This document shows positions 61,344 to 64,000 of a stretch of 64,000 bases of DNA, one piece after another. Origin of the DNA: Candidatus Omnitrophota bacterium (lineage in GTDB: Bacteria > Omnitrophota > Gorgyraeia > Zapsychrales > Fredricksoniimonadaceae); the NCBI GenBank assembly GCA_903860135.1, contig CAIOPG010000004.1:272648-336647 (forward strand), written 5' to 3'. A model generated the notes under the pieces. It saw only the letters and a list, made by a program, of their open reading frames with translations, had not been told where the DNA came from and ran no database searches. How positions within the stretch are numbered: position 1 is the first letter of the stretch; each line of letters opens with the position of its first letter. Both the position numbers and the translations under genes were made by a program.

Positions 61344-62233
61344 GAATCCTTTCGCCGTTGCTTTCGGTTAATGAGGTTCAGCCCTTGTGTGAGGTGGGTG
61401 CAGATGATTTCTTTTGTGGTTTGGTAGATAAAGAAAGAACATTGAATAGCCGCCCGAATACCGCAGAGCACAGCTTCAGCAACAAGGAGGATCTTCGACG
61501 GGCTGTGGTTCTGACGCATGCCCAAGGGCGGCGTATCTTTCTGGTCATTAACAGTTTGCCCCCGCTCGACATCAATCGGGGGCTGCGTCAGGCTGTCATA
61601 GCCAAAGAAATCGGGATAGACGGGCTTATTGTGGCCAGTCTTTTGCTCATCAAGAAAATCGATGATCTTGGCCTTGGTCTTGAATTGCAGGCCAGTAGCT
61701 TGACCACGGCGATTAATAGCGAGGCAGTTTTGTTCGCGCAGCGGCTGGGGGTGTCTCACGTTCATCTGCCGACGCAGATCGGCATGGAAGAGCTTGGGCG
61801 AATGATGAAATATGTCCCTGGGATTAAGTTCAGCATTTTTGTCCTCGGCGGCTTGTGTGTTTATGCCGAACAGTTTTGTTCCCTGCATGAAGGTTTCGCC
61901 GAGGATTTTATTCCATGCCAGCATTTTAGGGCTTTGGGCATGGTTGGACGCGGTGGTATGCCTCTAGCAGAATGTGACAAAAGACATAATCAGCCGGCAT
62001 TCAGCTGTGGGCTTTGCGTGGTAAGAAAGTGCCTGTCTTTGGGGGTGGATACGTTGAAAATCGAGGGGCGCTATTTGCCGTTGGACAAAAAAGCACAACG
62101 GGTTTCCATGGTCAGGCAAGTTATTCAGGCAGCAGTGGCTAGTAAGGATGATAATGTTTTTATTCAGCATTGTCAGGGAATTTTTCAAAAGGATCAGGGA
62201 CGTCCATGTAAGCCGGAATTCTGCATTTTTTAA
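61340..62233 (+). CDS. U32 family protein
   Basis: GADDFFCG, LQASSL, CVYAEQFCS (Cx6C), CGLC, LKIEGR. Confidence 0.85.
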   Translation: MRILSPLLSVNEVQPLCEVGADDFFCGLVDKERTLNSRPNTAEHSFSNKEDLRRAVVLTHAQGRRIFLVINSLPPLDINRGLRQAVIAKEIGIDGLIVASLLLIKKIDDLGLGLELQASSLTTAINSEAVLFAQRLGVSHVHLPTQIGMEELGRMMKYVPGIKFSIFVLGGLCVYAEQFCSLHEGFAEDFIPCQHFRALGMVGRGGMPLAECDKRHNQPAFSCGLCVVRKCLSLGVDTLKIEGRYLPLDKKAQRVSMVRQVIQAAVASKDDNVFIQHCQGIFQKDQGRPCKPEFCIF

Positions 62234-62249
62234 GAACTGGTTGCTGAGC

Positions 62250-62909
62250 ATGACAATGAAAAAAAGTTTGCATAAGGTTCAGCGGTTTGAGCTGGGGCAT
62301 GAAGCCTGCGAGCGGCTGTTGCCATTGCCCATGGTCATTGCCAACGAGAAGAAAAGGGTTGGTCGCGGAGGGCTTTCGCTTGTAACGCCGATCGTCAGTC
62401 AGGATGGATTGAAGCGCATTCAGGATTGGGCACTATTATTGGATGACAATGATGAAATTGTAGCCAATGACCTTGGTGTCCTTGTGATGGTGGATCGTGA
62501 TTTTAGAGCCAGGCCTTTGATCGGCCGTATCCTTGGCCGGAATATTATTCTTTCTTTGGTCGGAATGATCCATGATCCTGTTTTAGCGGAAGAGTTTCTT
62601 GCATTATTAGGCAAGAGGATCGCCGGGATCGAATGTGATGCTGACAGTTCTCCTGATGTGATGTTTTTTTTACAGTCGAAGATGGAGATACGTCCATGCC
62701 ATCGTTCCGGTAAGATATTTGGTGTTACCCGGCGGTGCATCTTTAAGGCCAAAGTGGCAGATAAGTTTGGTGCTTGCCGTAAGGAATGTCAGCATATGAA
62801 AATATTGGCAGCCAATGCGGTGCTGGGCAAGTTGTTTGTGTTGCAAGAGAATGCCCTAATTTTGCATTCATCACCCAGTAACGGGATAAAACGGATGAAA
62901 GACACATGA
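62250..62909 (+). CDS. degenerate U32-like partner protein
   Basis: GHEACERLLP, NDLGVL, IGRIL, TRRC...CRKEC; directly follows the U32 gene. Confidence 0.6.
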   Translation: MTMKKSLHKVQRFELGHEACERLLPLPMVIANEKKRVGRGGLSLVTPIVSQDGLKRIQDWALLLDDNDEIVANDLGVLVMVDRDFRARPLIGRILGRNIILSLVGMIHDPVLAEEFLALLGKRIAGIECDADSSPDVMFFLQSKMEIRPCHRSGKIFGVTRRCIFKAKVADKFGACRKECQHMKILAANAVLGKLFVLQENALILHSSPSNGIKRMKDT

Positions 62910-63871
62910 TTTTAGAAGCTGGTGAAAAACGCAGGCGTTTTTTGCGGCGCGTTGCCGGGGCCGTGGACGGCAAGGTTTATATTGGTCCGGAACAGGTCTA
63001 TTTGCCGGTTACCAACCGTTGTAATCTGAGTTGCCGTTACTGCTGGTTTCATTCTCCCGGAAATCCCTTGCGCTTGCATCCTCGGCAAGATATGCCGTTA
63101 GCGGATTTTAAGAGGATCGTGCGTGAATGTGTTGCCCTTGAAGTGGATACTCTTTTTCTTTCTGCTGAAGGAGAGCCGACATTACATCCGGAATTCTTCA
63201 GCATGATGTCTTTTTTGAAAAAGCAACCGCTGGAAGTGACCATTTTCAGCAACGGCACATTTTCCTCTGCGCGACGGAAGGATGTTCTTAAAGCGGATCG
63301 TATTGGTATTAATCTTGGTGCCCCGGAGCGTGAAGGTTATAAATTATTGCAGGGGGAGGATCTGTTTGATCATGTGATCAAGAATATAAATTTTTTGGTC
63401 AAGGCTCGGGATAAAAATAAGAAATCATTTAAGATTGGTGTGGATTATGTGGTTAATAAAGATAATATTCATCAGATAAAAGAAACTGAGAAATTCTTAA
63501 GCTGTCTGGGAGTTGATTCTTTCACGCCGACGCTGATGAAGGAGCACGACTGGAATGGCGGCGTGCGCGTGGATGATCCATCGACGTTGTTTTTGGCTGA
63601 AGGCAAACCTTCGCCGCGTTGTTTTCACGGTTGGTTCCAGATGATCAGGGCACTTGATGGCCGGATACGGCTTTGTCCGCAGTTATCGCAGGAGATCATC
63701 GTCGTCGATCAGAATTCTTTACGTGAAACATGGTTTTCAGATAAATTTATGGAATCGCGGTTAAGGGGGCGGTGCGGTGATTTTGGAAAAAAGTTTCGTG
63801 ACTGCAGGCAATGTCTTTATCATCAACGTAATACAGCAGTATTGAAAAGAGTTTTAAAAAGAACGGTATAA
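62906..63871 (+). CDS. radical SAM protein with a twitch/SPASM-like C-terminus
   Basis: CNLSCRYC, GEPTLHP, CFHGW...LCP...CRQC. Confidence 0.88.
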   Translation: MILEAGEKRRRFLRRVAGAVDGKVYIGPEQVYLPVTNRCNLSCRYCWFHSPGNPLRLHPRQDMPLADFKRIVRECVALEVDTLFLSAEGEPTLHPEFFSMMSFLKKQPLEVTIFSNGTFSSARRKDVLKADRIGINLGAPEREGYKLLQGEDLFDHVIKNINFLVKARDKNKKSFKIGVDYVVNKDNIHQIKETEKFLSCLGVDSFTPTLMKEHDWNGGVRVDDPSTLFLAEGKPSPRCFHGWFQMIRALDGRIRLCPQLSQEIIVVDQNSLRETWFSDKFMESRLRGRCGDFGKKFRDCRQCLYHQRNTAVLKRVLKRTV

Positions 63872-63883
63872 GGGTAGTCGGGT

Positions 63884-64000
63884 ATGGGGAAGCTATTGAA
63901 ATATTATGATTATTGCCATGAAGCTTATGAGCCGTTGACAGCTTGCCGGAAGAAGCTATCGTCTGACAGGTTGTTTTATAATTCTCTTGAGGGAAGTTCA
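63884..64000 (+). CDS. start of an ORF running off the right edge
   Basis: ATG 63884, MGKLLKYYDYCHEAYEPL..., open to the end of the window. Confidence 0.45.
   Translation, partial: MGKLLKYYDYCHEAYEPLTACRKKLSSDRLFYNSLEGSS

Noticed and set aside
63715-63730. parS-like TTCTTTACGTGAAACA
   Set aside because: Only a 13/16 match with one half-site broken, inside a CDS.

Overview
Replication-origin region of a diderm bacterium. Gene content and protein styles suggest the PVC superphylum, probably Omnitrophota (inference, not verified). Genes left of about 27.6 kb are on the minus strand and nearly all genes to the right are on the plus strand. DnaA boxes flank dnaA, and two parS sites lie just upstream of parAB. 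The left arm carries: the 5' end of a large secreted protein with a peptidase C39-like domain that runs off the window and is missing from the ORF track; a Tad/Flp pilus locus with 11 tandem pilin-like genes, a fused CpaE-CpaF, a secretin-TonB_C fusion, CpaB, TadB and TadC; then a PPIase, mdh, tRNA-Glu and gyrA-gyrB-dciA-dnaN-dnaA. The right arm carries: rpmH-yidD-yidC (no rnpA), a truncated jag, parAB, ndk, yicC, gmk, rpoZ, coaC, three tRNAs, thrS-infC-rpmI-rplT-pheST, a 6S RNA candidate and rarA. A small accessory island follows rarA (Fic, MNT, Bro-N; each gene ends in the same ~20-nt motif, and the rarA 3' end is duplicated). After it come ygfA, rny, ymdB, a PilZ protein, gltX, tRNA-Gln, an outer-membrane protein, a TMTC-like glycosyltransferase, DUF2062, ArsR and glnS. 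The most interesting candidate system is at 56.3-64 kb: a variant His-Xaa-Ser (Hxs) radical-SAM peptide-modification cluster. Its precursor carries His-Xaa-Asn motifs behind an Flp-prepilin-like leader, and it is accompanied by two HxsD-like proteins, two further radical SAM enzymes and a U32-family pair. All assignments come from motif recognition by eye; no database searches were run.
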